NCBI GenBank assembly: GCA_038065315.1
Contig: JBBTRF010000001.1
Coordinates: 230,413 to 294,412, forward strand
Length of the DNA: 64,000 nucleotides
From: Patescibacteria group bacterium
GTDB lineage: Bacteria; Patescibacteriota; Minisyncoccia; Phycocordibacterales; JBBTRF01
Reading direction: 5' to 3'
The notes under the pieces were generated by a model. The model was not told the DNA's origin. It saw only the letters and a list, made by a program, of their open reading frames with translations, and searched no databases. The first letter of the stretch is position 1. Each line of letters opens with the position of its first letter. A program made the position numbers and the translations under genes. This document shows, in pieces, positions 47,168 to 55,481 of this stretch.

Positions 47168-48133
47168 ATGGAACACAAAAATCCGGAAAAATACCCGATT
47201 CGCCAACTTTCAGTCGACCAACTGCCCCGCCAGCTCGCAGAGATTACCGGCCGACCAAAGCGACTCTATAGTAGAGGGGACGAGAGCCTACTGCATAGGT
47301 ACGTCGAAGGCGCCGCGAACACCGCGGGAGGAAATCGGGGTCGCGGCCACAAGCTACTCTGCGTCATTGGCTCCCGGCAATACACGCCATACGGCCGCGA
47401 AGCCTGCGAAGCGATCATCGCAGGACTTCGCGACTACCCCATCACTATAGTATCCGGCCTGGCGCTCGGTATCGACGGCATCGCTCACGAAGCCGCCCTC
47501 AGAGCTGGATTAAAAACCGTCGCAGTGCTTGGTTCAGGACTGGACGACAACTCCATCTATCCCCCTTCCAACCAGCACATCGCCCGCCGTATTCTGGCCG
47601 AAGGCGGCTGTCTCGTCTCGGAAAATCCGCCCGGTACTCGCCCAGCACCGTATCACTTCCCGGCTCGCAACCGCATCATGTCTGGCCTGTCGCACGCGAC
47701 ACTGGTGATTGAAGCAAGGCGCCCCAGCGGCACCCTCATCACCAGCCAGCTTGCCACCGACCAAAACCGCGACATCCTCGCCGTCCCAGGCTCGATTTTT
47801 TCCGAGCACGCGGCCGGCCCGCACTATCTCATTGGCAAGGGCGCCACACCAGTGACCTGTGCACACGATGTGCTGGTGGCGCTGGGGTTTGCGGTCGAGA
47901 AGATACGCGGCAGAGGCAAAGCGAATGGCACAAAAAATCATACTCTCACAGCAAAACTCGCTGACCTCACCATCGCGGAAAAAATGTTGCTCGGAATCCT
48001 CGACCGACCAAGGACACGCGACGAGATCATTCGCGAGCTTGGCTGGAGCGCTTCGGAGACCAACGTCACGCTGTCGCTGCTCGAAATAAAGGAACTGATC
48101 GTCGCCGGTTTCAACGAAATTCGCAAAAAATGA
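47168..48133 (+). CDS. dprA: DNA processing protein DprA (Smf)
   Basis: Rossmann-like DprA core IGSRQYTPYGREA...IVSGLALGIDGIAHEAAL; C-terminal winged-helix-like region. Confidence 0.85.
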   Translation: MEHKNPEKYPIRQLSVDQLPRQLAEITGRPKRLYSRGDESLLHRYVEGAANTAGGNRGRGHKLLCVIGSRQYTPYGREACEAIIAGLRDYPITIVSGLALGIDGIAHEAALRAGLKTVAVLGSGLDDNSIYPPSNQHIARRILAEGGCLVSENPPGTRPAPYHFPARNRIMSGLSHATLVIEARRPSGTLITSQLATDQNRDILAVPGSIFSEHAAGPHYLIGKGATPVTCAHDVLVALGFAVEKIRGRGKANGTKNHTLTAKLADLTIAEKMLLGILDRPRTRDEIIRELGWSASETNVTLSLLEIKELIVAGFNEIRKK

Positions 48134-48160
48134 TCGGCAATGCTCAAAAAGTTTCAATGG

Positions 48161-48250
48161 GGGGCGGTGGCGGAGCAAAAAAGTGCCTACGGATTTGTCA
48201 TACGAAAGTATGAGGAAAGTATGAAAAATCCGAGGGTACTCGAAAACGCT
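48161..48250. repeat. Palindromic intergenic repeat element, copy D (inverted orientation)
   Basis: GGGGCGGTGGCGG box then AGTGCCTACGGATTTGTCATAC...GTATGAAAAATCCGAGGGTACT; starts 28 nt after the dprA stop. The box orientation matches the other copies relative to the upstream gene. Confidence 0.7.
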
Positions 48251-48257
48251 GGCGGGG

Positions 48258-48539
48258 CTAGTCGCGATATTCCCAACGATTATTCAACTTGTTGATAGTC
48301 TTACCAGAGAATACCTTTGTCATACCGAGCGGAGTAATCTTCTTTTTATACGGACTCTTAGATAGCACCCTGGATACAGTTGCCTTATGTACGTAGGGCA
48401 TTGATTTATGATTTCTGAGTAACTTGAAGAAATGAATCTGATCAATCGTCAGCTCAGCATTATCGCCGCATTGTGAGGTTCTTACTGCTTTGTTGAGAGC
48501 GGCGGCAACTAGGTCTGCTGTTTTGTTGATTGTTGTCAT
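48258..48539 (-). CDS. small hypothetical protein, weak HU/IHF-like resemblance (AT-rich)
   Basis: 93 aa; the N-terminus MTTINKTADLVAAAL resembles the HU N-terminus. Sits between repeat copy D and tRNA-Arg. Confidence 0.3.
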   Translation of the reverse strand: MTTINKTADLVAAALNKAVRTSQCGDNAELTIDQIHFFKLLRNHKSMPYVHKATVSRVLSKSPYKKKITPLGMTKVFSGKTINKLNNRWEYRD

Positions 48540-48555
48540 GTTTTATAGAATTAAG

Positions 48556-48627
48556 TACCCTCGGGAGGATTTGAACCTCCGCGTTCTCGCTAGAATCGAG
48601 ACAGTCTATCCATTAGCTTACGAGGGC
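48556..48627 (-). tRNA. tRNA-Arg (anticodon UCU)
   Basis: Manual fold: acceptor GCCCTCG/CGAGGGT (G1:U71), anticodon stem TCTCG/CGAGA with loop ATTCTAG, T-arm GGAGG-TTCAAAT-CCTCC, discriminator A, no encoded CCA. Confidence 0.8.
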
Positions 48628-48719
48628 AGAAAAAATAAAGCGCTGAGCCATAGCGCCAGTAGGTCCTTTATCTTCTGCGTCTCGTAAACACAGCCGGTAT
48701 CATTGCCTTCAATATAGCA

Positions 48720-50225
48720 TTATTTCACCCTATTCTCCAGCACCTTCCAGATCTCCACCATTGCCAACGTATCGAGGTGGCAGTAGTCTTCGAGCGCCTG
48801 AATTTTTATTTCCCTCTCTTTTTCAGAATATTCACCGCTCACGATACGATTCCACGTATCGGAAGCCGCGCCACCATCCTGTATGTGCATATCCTTGTAT
48901 GACAAGTGCGGCACCAATGCGGGCAACACATACTTGATCGAAGCACTTCCCTTGAATGCAGGGTGATCATACACCGCAGTCTTACCGGAAAATGGGATCA
49001 TGAGGTCGACCACGCGACTATTCACACTTTCCATGAACGCTTTGTATTCCGGCAGGCGTTCACCAAGCTGTGTATTGATTCCTTTTTCGAATTTCTGATT
49101 CCACACAACAACGCTACCCGTCTTCGGAAGATGCTTCTGCAGCGCTTCAGCAAAATATCTATCAGGACACTCTTGCTCCGTGTAGATAAAATCATAGTGC
49201 GCCATATCATCGCCGTGAGCATTCACGACATGCAGCGAAAACTGAAATGGGACCTGCTGATATGGCCTGTGCTGGTTGTATTTCGGTATCGCCGAAGGAT
49301 ACGTTTCGTAATCCAGAAACGCGAACGGGTATTTCATGGTGTCCAAAAAAGCCACAACACCCTCGCTGTCGATATACTCCCGACCAGACTGTGCGGTGTC
49401 CACCTGCCGTCGCTGAGGATCCGACAATTCAAAGTCCTCGGGCACGTCGTAAATGCTGAGAATGTTGTTGTCCACGAGCTCCGCAAGCTTGTTCTCTCGT
49501 ATTCGCGCGATCGCGTGGACAGGATACTCCGGCAGATCAGCATTGGAATATGCCGAGGTGGTGCAGTGCGCGTTCCAACCCTTGAGAATACAGTCGCAAT
49601 GCCCCGCCGGCTCTTTTTCACTCGCGAGCCGCTCGTATGCGCCATCCATCTTGTGTCTCACCTCCCCAAGCTTTTCATTCACCTGCTCTGTCATATCCTC
49701 AACAATGAACAGCTGCTTGAGATCCAGATCTCCGGCCCGCACGTACTCCTTGTTGAGCCGGATGAGACTGAGCGTACCCATCCTAATACCCAGATCATCC
49801 AAGATATTTTTTTGAAAAGCAATGTCGATTAGATACTCTTCAGTTTTTCGACCCTCACCTCCTCCTTCTGAAGATGTCGAGGATTTCACCTCATATAGGT
49901 CGTATGCGCTCGTGGAGTCATTCCATACCAACATGTCGGAAGCAGTGATGAATTTTTCCGTGGCAAACACCGGCTGATAGATGACGGCGGTTTTGGCGGC
50001 CATGAGCTTTTTGGTCAGCTCGGTATCGTCGCGAAACTCGACCAGCACTCCGCCGGGAAACAACCCTCGCGCCAGCTCGTCGATCTGGTTGCCAGTATCA
50101 ATAATGTTCAACTCAAAAGCCGAGAGCGGGTATTTTTTATATATATCCGGTCGGTGGATTTTCAGCCAGGCGTTCTTAGCGCAATCAAGGCAGGTGAGGA
50201 AGTTGGTTTTTGAGAGTAGGAACAT
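48720..50225 (-). CDS. DUF2779-like protein (PD-(D/E)xK nuclease-like, N-terminal Cys motif)
   Basis: N-terminus LSKTNFLTCLDCAKNAWLKIHRPDIY resembles the DUF2779 / Cas4-N-terminal-like signature (SK..F..G.QC.K..WL). Start is 1 nt after the preceding gene's stop. Confidence 0.5.
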   Translation of the reverse strand: MFLLSKTNFLTCLDCAKNAWLKIHRPDIYKKYPLSAFELNIIDTGNQIDELARGLFPGGVLVEFRDDTELTKKLMAAKTAVIYQPVFATEKFITASDMLVWNDSTSAYDLYEVKSSTSSEGGGEGRKTEEYLIDIAFQKNILDDLGIRMGTLSLIRLNKEYVRAGDLDLKQLFIVEDMTEQVNEKLGEVRHKMDGAYERLASEKEPAGHCDCILKGWNAHCTTSAYSNADLPEYPVHAIARIRENKLAELVDNNILSIYDVPEDFELSDPQRRQVDTAQSGREYIDSEGVVAFLDTMKYPFAFLDYETYPSAIPKYNQHRPYQQVPFQFSLHVVNAHGDDMAHYDFIYTEQECPDRYFAEALQKHLPKTGSVVVWNQKFEKGINTQLGERLPEYKAFMESVNSRVVDLMIPFSGKTAVYDHPAFKGSASIKYVLPALVPHLSYKDMHIQDGGAASDTWNRIVSGEYSEKEREIKIQALEDYCHLDTLAMVEIWKVLENRVK

Positions 50226-50226
50226 A

Positions 50227-50619
50227 TTAAAATAGATGCTTATATTCTCGATAATTCTCCCTCACGATTCTCTGCCACTCAGCCGTTTCGTTGTGACTGG
50301 CGATGTCGGTTTTGCCATAGACGAGTAGCACGCTGACACATTGTTTTTCTTCATGCCACGCCACAATACACCGATTACCCGATGTCCTTGCAGATTCCTT
50401 GGTCCGATCGACTCGAAATTCAGTCTTCACGATCTTAATACCCTCGACATCACAGATCGTCTCAGCCCTGCTGGTAGTGATGAGGAGATCAATACGCTCA
50501 AGCCCAGCAATAATAGCTCTCAGAGTCACTTCCCAATGACCTTTGTACTTCTTCTCAAAACCTTTGATAAAGTGCCTTTCCGCAAAAGGTTCAATTCGTA
50601 CAGAATAGTTTCCCTGCAT
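50227..50619 (-). CDS. Putative toxin, RelE/ParE-superfamily-like (partner of the Panacea antitoxin)
   Basis: C-terminal GNRCIVAWHEEKQCVSVLLVYGKTD resembles the RelE/ParE core G.yRiiY...v.vl.i.hR. Starts 8 nt after the HTH-Panacea gene stop. Confidence 0.35.
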   Translation of the reverse strand: MQGNYSVRIEPFAERHFIKGFEKKYKGHWEVTLRAIIAGLERIDLLITTSRAETICDVEGIKIVKTEFRVDRTKESARTSGNRCIVAWHEEKQCVSVLLVYGKTDIASHNETAEWQRIVRENYREYKHLF

Positions 50620-50626
50620 ACATGTA

Positions 50627-51328
50627 CTAGAAAACCATTTCCGGGTCCTCCTGGGTGATCAGCTCATAGGGAATAATCTCGTCCGGCCGGCAGATAGCAT
50701 ATGGAAGTTGGTTGTGAGTGAAATTCACAATTTCGCCCGTTTTTTTATCTTTCCATTTCTTACCGATCTCTTTCATGAGCTTCACCTCATCGATAGAGAG
50801 GTCGTTGATCTTTTCATTGGTATTGCTCTCCGATTCGCTGATCAAAAACATTTCTTTGCCGTTGTCGGTCTTTCTTTCCACGACGATCTTCCCTGCCTCT
50901 TCGAGCTCATCGATAGCACGGAAAAAAGTGTCTGGTACCGGACCGTATTCAATCCTTCGATACTGCATGCCGCTCATACTTTGCGAATGATCGTAGTACC
51001 AAGCGAAATCAGCGAGATAGAGCAGCTTGGCGAGCTTTGTCTTAGGAATTTTATTGTCGGCCTTGCTGGTAAGATTCATTCTCAAGTAGGTCAAGATCAT
51101 GTGCTTGTACTTGGCAATGTTCGCGATGTTGCCCGACAGAAGCTCGTCGACAGTGATCCCGAGCATCGAGGCTAGCTTTTGTGCTTCTTCTGCGCTCAAT
51201 GTTTGCTTGCCAGACTCAATAGCCGTATAGGTAGGCCGCGACACGCCAATAGCCTTCGCCATCTGCTCTTGCGAAAGATTATTCTTGAGGCGAAACTCCT
51301 TCACCTTTTGCATATACTTGTTGCTCAT
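50627..51328 (-). CDS. HTH(XRE)-Panacea (DUF4065/SocA-like) antitoxin-type protein
   Basis: N-terminal XRE HTH (LSQEQMAKAIGVSRPTYTAIESGKQ); C-terminal KLAKLLYLADFAWYYDHSQSMSGMQYRRIEYGPVPD matches the Panacea/DUF4065 hallmark. Confidence 0.6.
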   Translation of the reverse strand: MSNKYMQKVKEFRLKNNLSQEQMAKAIGVSRPTYTAIESGKQTLSAEEAQKLASMLGITVDELLSGNIANIAKYKHMILTYLRMNLTSKADNKIPKTKLAKLLYLADFAWYYDHSQSMSGMQYRRIEYGPVPDTFFRAIDELEEAGKIVVERKTDNGKEMFLISESESNTNEKINDLSIDEVKLMKEIGKKWKDKKTGEIVNFTHNQLPYAICRPDEIIPYELITQEDPEMVF

Positions 51329-51432
51329 GCATCAAGTATATGCAATGGATGTAAAGAAGTCAAGCAGGTTTGGTGGGTTATTTTACAAGTCTGATACGAA
51401 GAATGCAGTAACGTGATAAAACCGCTCTATAA

Positions 51433-53439
51433 TTATTCTTTTATGACACAAACAACCACACCTTGCACCCCAACCTCTTCATTACTCGTAAACTTCAATG
51501 GTTTGTGTTTTGAATTACTCGATCGAGGTTTTAAGACCACAACACCGCCCTCACGACGATATTCTTTTATAGTTGCATCATCTCCAATAAGTGCCACCAC
51601 ATTGTTCCCCTCTTCTGGATGATAATTTTTTCGACACAGAACTAAATCTCCATCATTAATTCCGACTTGATTCATTGAGTCACCAGAAGTTCTCAAAACG
51701 AAATACTTTGAACCTTTAGACATTAGCTCACTTTTAACAGGAATCATTTCTTGTACGGTAGAATCAGCAAACATAAGCTCTCCGCATCCAACAGAATCAA
51801 ACAAAGGAACGTTTATAAAGCCACTAACATATGGAGATTCTATTGATGTATTATTATCTTTTAGTACTCCTTCACCTGCACTCAAGCTAACATGCTCTTT
51901 AAAGTAATCTCTTAAATTATCGTCAGTAATATAAACGTACGTACCGAGGATTCCTCTTGTTAGCAACGTTTTATAAATATTAATAACATATCTTTTTAAC
52001 TCCTCTGGATCATCTACTCCTCTATGTCCATTTGAATCTAGGTACTTAGTTTTATCGACTACGATCTTTTTACTGATCGGATCATAAGACATTTCAGGGC
52101 CAATTATAACTCCAGCGTAGTTTAGATCGTATCCTTGAATTGTATGGATGCAACCCACTTCATTGATGGCATTAGGAGAATTCACCCAGTCGTGAATTTT
52201 ACTATTCCAAAATAACTTAATATCTCCTATAACAATATCTGGCACTTTTACATCATTTCTTGATACCCACTTCCATGCGTACCCTGCCACTAAGCGAGAC
52301 AGGGTGTGAATTTTTTCTTGTTTTTTGATATCAATTACCATTTGCCCCAGATCACTGTAAACTTTAAAATCATATTCCGAAAAATCAGCTCTCGTGCTCA
52401 CCTTACTTTCCATTAAGTGATCGATGAAATCAAGGTATTCTCGTCCTCCTCTTACACGCATCTGTGTCTTAAGTTCAAAACTTATTGGATTGGATTCTAA
52501 AACCTTCCGCATCGAAATATCAGAAGGCCTCACAGATTGTCTTTCGTCATAAAAGAGTACGACGTGGCTCGCTGATTTTAGTATCCAATCGAGTTCTGTC
52601 CCCTCATTCCCCAAGCCAAAACTTTTATTGGTTGTATCAAATGTCCCGTAGTTTGGAATATTCCTTCTTTGATGTAGACGATGTGTTTCATCGACGATCA
52701 AAATGTCGTATTTCTGATTCGCGACCTCGTTTGGACCAATTACCATGTTTGGACTTAGGCCTGGAATACTTCTAAATACTTTCTTTAGCGTCTTTCTTAA
52801 AGAAACCATAGCAATTACCAGCGCAATGTCTTTTCTACCTTCCTGAACCAACTGCTTAACTAAGTAAGTAGCTAAAATAGTCTTGCCAGTACCTGGCCCG
52901 CCATGAATAATATAGGACTGTCTCTTATCCCCTCTAAAATATTCTAGTAGCTTTGAAGCAATCAAGTATTGATCGTCTGTGAGAGTTTTATATGGAGAAT
53001 ACTTAAAAAGATCGCTATTGCGAATTTGCAGCAGGTCATTCCTTGCAATCTTTAATTCTTGTAGTTTTTTCCACAATAACTCAAACTTCCCTCGATATCG
53101 TTCACGGTCAAAATAATCATGATTTTGCAAACCTCCGTTTCCGTTCTGAAGAATATACTTACCGTCGGCCACCAAATACTCAATCAATGAAGATTCCGTG
53201 TCGAGAGTCGCTGATTTATTAAATTCGTCGTCAGAAATAACGTGAATGGTCTTTAATTGCTTCCGGGCCCCATTCTCTAAATGCTGCTTCGTTCTAGCAT
53301 AAGCTCTAATTGTTTCTCCAACATAGAGTTCTTTTCCGTTTTCTATTAGATAAACAACTGGCCAATCACTACCGTACTTATAGTTACGTATTTTCTCTAC
53401 GCCAGATGAACTGAATGGAAATTTTACTATTTCTGACAT
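51433..53439 (-). CDS. Three-domain fusion: N-terminal GIY-YIG nuclease + P-loop ATPase (DUF2075-like) + C-terminal LexA/UmuD-like S24 peptidase domain
   Basis: GIY-YIG: VVYLIENGKELYVGETIRAYARTKQH with downstream conserved E (DTESSLIEY) and N (QNGNGG). ATPase: Walker A HGGPGTGKT, Walker B ILIVDETHRL, VLFYDERQ. S24: GDSMNQVGINDGDLVLC...VVALIGDDATIKEYRREGGVVVLKPRSSN (Ser nucleophile in GDSM, Lys in TIKEY; compare LexA GDSM...TVKRL). Confidence 0.7.
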   Translation of the reverse strand: MSEIVKFPFSSSGVEKIRNYKYGSDWPVVYLIENGKELYVGETIRAYARTKQHLENGARKQLKTIHVISDDEFNKSATLDTESSLIEYLVADGKYILQNGNGGLQNHDYFDRERYRGKFELLWKKLQELKIARNDLLQIRNSDLFKYSPYKTLTDDQYLIASKLLEYFRGDKRQSYIIHGGPGTGKTILATYLVKQLVQEGRKDIALVIAMVSLRKTLKKVFRSIPGLSPNMVIGPNEVANQKYDILIVDETHRLHQRRNIPNYGTFDTTNKSFGLGNEGTELDWILKSASHVVLFYDERQSVRPSDISMRKVLESNPISFELKTQMRVRGGREYLDFIDHLMESKVSTRADFSEYDFKVYSDLGQMVIDIKKQEKIHTLSRLVAGYAWKWVSRNDVKVPDIVIGDIKLFWNSKIHDWVNSPNAINEVGCIHTIQGYDLNYAGVIIGPEMSYDPISKKIVVDKTKYLDSNGHRGVDDPEELKRYVINIYKTLLTRGILGTYVYITDDNLRDYFKEHVSLSAGEGVLKDNNTSIESPYVSGFINVPLFDSVGCGELMFADSTVQEMIPVKSELMSKGSKYFVLRTSGDSMNQVGINDGDLVLCRKNYHPEEGNNVVALIGDDATIKEYRREGGVVVLKPRSSNSKHKPLKFTSNEEVGVQGVVVCVIKE

Positions 53440-53442
53440 ATT

Positions 53443-53790
53443 CTAAAGTTTATTATACTTAGTATGTTTTCCTTTAGCTTTCTCAACCGGATATTTTTCT
53501 TCATTAACTCTAATTTTCTTTTCAAGTGCATTTAGTACATCGATATTTAAATCGTGACTCATGAGTAGAACCCAGTACAAAACGTCTGCCAATTCTTCTC
53601 CTATAGCGACTTTGTTTTCTTTTACATATTTTTCCATCTCTTCCTTATTTTTCCACTGAAAATGTTCCATTACTTCACCAGCCTCCAAAACAAGAGAAAG
53701 GGCGACATCTTTAGGATTGTGGAATTGCTTCCAATCTCTTGCGTCACGAAAAGCAATTATTCTCTTTGTTAGATCGATAATGTTTTTCAT
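53443..53790 (-). CDS. MazG-like nucleotide pyrophosphohydrolase (all-alpha NTP-PPase)
   Basis: LVLEAGEVMEHFQW...IGEELADVLYWVLLMSHDLNIDV: EExxE/D metal-binding helices of the MazG/HisE fold. Start refined to MKNIIDL (ATG at 53790); 3-nt gap to the downstream gene. Confidence 0.55.
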   Translation of the reverse strand: MKNIIDLTKRIIAFRDARDWKQFHNPKDVALSLVLEAGEVMEHFQWKNKEEMEKYVKENKVAIGEELADVLYWVLLMSHDLNIDVLNALEKKIRVNEEKYPVEKAKGKHTKYNKL

Positions 53791-53794
53791 ATAT

Positions 53795-54847
53795 TTATTT
53801 CTCATTATTCCCCTCCCCCACCCTCTTCTCAACCCTTTTCTGCACGCCAACCATAGCATCCAAGTACGCTTTTTCGACATCGCTCAGTGTCTTTTGTTGA
53901 TATTTCCGGTACTCGACAGTGGCTTTATCCACCGCCTGCTCATGACTCACCGCTCCTGCGCCGGACAACAACTGTTCGCCAGTGGAAGCGAGTATCCCAT
54001 CGAGGTGCTTCGCCCAGTCTACCATTTTCATCGGAATCTCCCGCTCAGCTTGACGCTCGGCGAAGTCGAGATATCCGGAAACAATCTGCCCGAGTGCGCG
54101 CAGCTCTTTCTCATTCAAATAATTCTTAGCGATCGCCACATCCTTGAGTTGCGGTTTCGAGCCAGCAAAGGTCGTCAGGCCCATAAAATCCTTTTCGGCA
54201 TCAGCTCGGCTATAAATAACTTCCGCTGCCGTCTGCCCATGCACGGCGCAGTGGACTTTATTTTGGATCTTTTTGAAAAATTCTATAGAGGTCTCGGCTC
54301 GGGCATCATAGTCGATGCTCGTAGCGTAGATATCCAAAATTTGGCGATAAAATACTTTCTCGCTGCTGCGAATGTCGCGGATGCGAGCCAGGAGCTCTTT
54401 CCAATATCCACCGCCACCGAGATCCTTCAGACGTTCGTCGTCCATTGCAAAACCTTTGACGATATACTCCCTAAGCCGTGCTGTGGCCCACTGGCGAAAA
54501 TGTGTGCCCTGTACGGAATTTACGCGGTACCCAACCGATATAACGACATCCAAATTGTAGTGCCTCACTGATACTTCTTGCGTTTTTCCCTTTATAGCGC
54601 CGTGTTCTGTGGTTCGTCGGAATTCCCGACATACCACCCTCTCATCCAATTCACCCTCTCTAAAGATATTAAGTATGTGCTCTGCGATAGTTGAACGGCC
54701 TTTATTGAATAGTTCGGCAAGCTGATCCTGATTAAGCCACACCGTCTCGCCCTGCATGCGCACCTCAAGACGAGGCTTGCCCTCGGTGCCTTCGTAAATA
54801 ATTATTCCATTGTTTGGTGGATTGTCTTGCATATCAGCGCCTCCCAT
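53795..54847 (-). CDS. RhuM-family protein (Virulence_RhuM domain)
   Basis: HYNLDVVISVGYRVNSVQGTHFRQWATARLREYIVKGF and IQNKVHCAVHGQTAAEVIYSRADAEKDFMGLTTF are characteristic RhuM-family blocks; 4-nt gap to the MazG-like gene. Confidence 0.55.
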   Translation of the reverse strand: MGGADMQDNPPNNGIIIYEGTEGKPRLEVRMQGETVWLNQDQLAELFNKGRSTIAEHILNIFREGELDERVVCREFRRTTEHGAIKGKTQEVSVRHYNLDVVISVGYRVNSVQGTHFRQWATARLREYIVKGFAMDDERLKDLGGGGYWKELLARIRDIRSSEKVFYRQILDIYATSIDYDARAETSIEFFKKIQNKVHCAVHGQTAAEVIYSRADAEKDFMGLTTFAGSKPQLKDVAIAKNYLNEKELRALGQIVSGYLDFAERQAEREIPMKMVDWAKHLDGILASTGEQLLSGAGAVSHEQAVDKATVEYRKYQQKTLSDVEKAYLDAMVGVQKRVEKRVGEGNNEK

Positions 54848-54930
54848 TACCCTACGTCGACTTCAATACGAGTATCGTATCACTTTTCACCTTCGCCAGC
54901 ACGACATCCTGCGCTCTCCACCACCGCCGC

Positions 54931-55401
54931 CTAATTCAACATCCAAATACTGAAATTTAGGTACCCCGCAAAGCTCACCCAGAGGATGTAGGGGGCGAGA
55001 AGCCAAGCAGCTGGCCGCGAGACCTTCGCGAAGGCGACGATTGAAGCGACGATAGCGACCCACAAAAAGACGAGCTCAACAAAAGCGGCGCCTGGGCTCT
55101 GCATGCCGAAAAAGATGATCGACCACAGGGTATTGAGCACGAGCTGACCGAGAAAGAGACCGAGAGCGATCTTCACTTCCCTACGCTCCAGCCCTTTCCG
55201 CCACACTATATACGCGGCGATACCCATGAGTACAAAGAGTGTCGTCCAGACCGGCCCAAACACCCACGCCGACGGATTGATCATCGGCTTCACGATGCCC
55301 GCATACCAACCGTCGATGTTCGGCGTAGTGAATAGAGCGCCGATGAGGCCAGCGAGCTGTGGAACGATGAGCGTGATGATGAGTTTGATTGAATTATTCA
55401 T
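54931..55401 (-). CDS. TspO/MBR family tryptophan-rich sensory protein
   Basis: PSAWVFGPVWTTLFVLMGIAAY..., LFLGQLVLNTLWSIIFFG, YILWVSFAGYLN; five TM helices. Start refined to MNNSIKL (ATG at 55401). Confidence 0.65.
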   Translation of the reverse strand: MNNSIKLIITLIVPQLAGLIGALFTTPNIDGWYAGIVKPMINPSAWVFGPVWTTLFVLMGIAAYIVWRKGLERREVKIALGLFLGQLVLNTLWSIIFFGMQSPGAAFVELVFLWVAIVASIVAFAKVSRPAAWLLAPYILWVSFAGYLNFSIWMLN

Positions 55402-55481
55402 AACACTTTCTATTATACTACGCTCCACGAACACACCTCGTACTTGCCACGCTCCACTCCTTAATGTAATACTTAGCTTCA

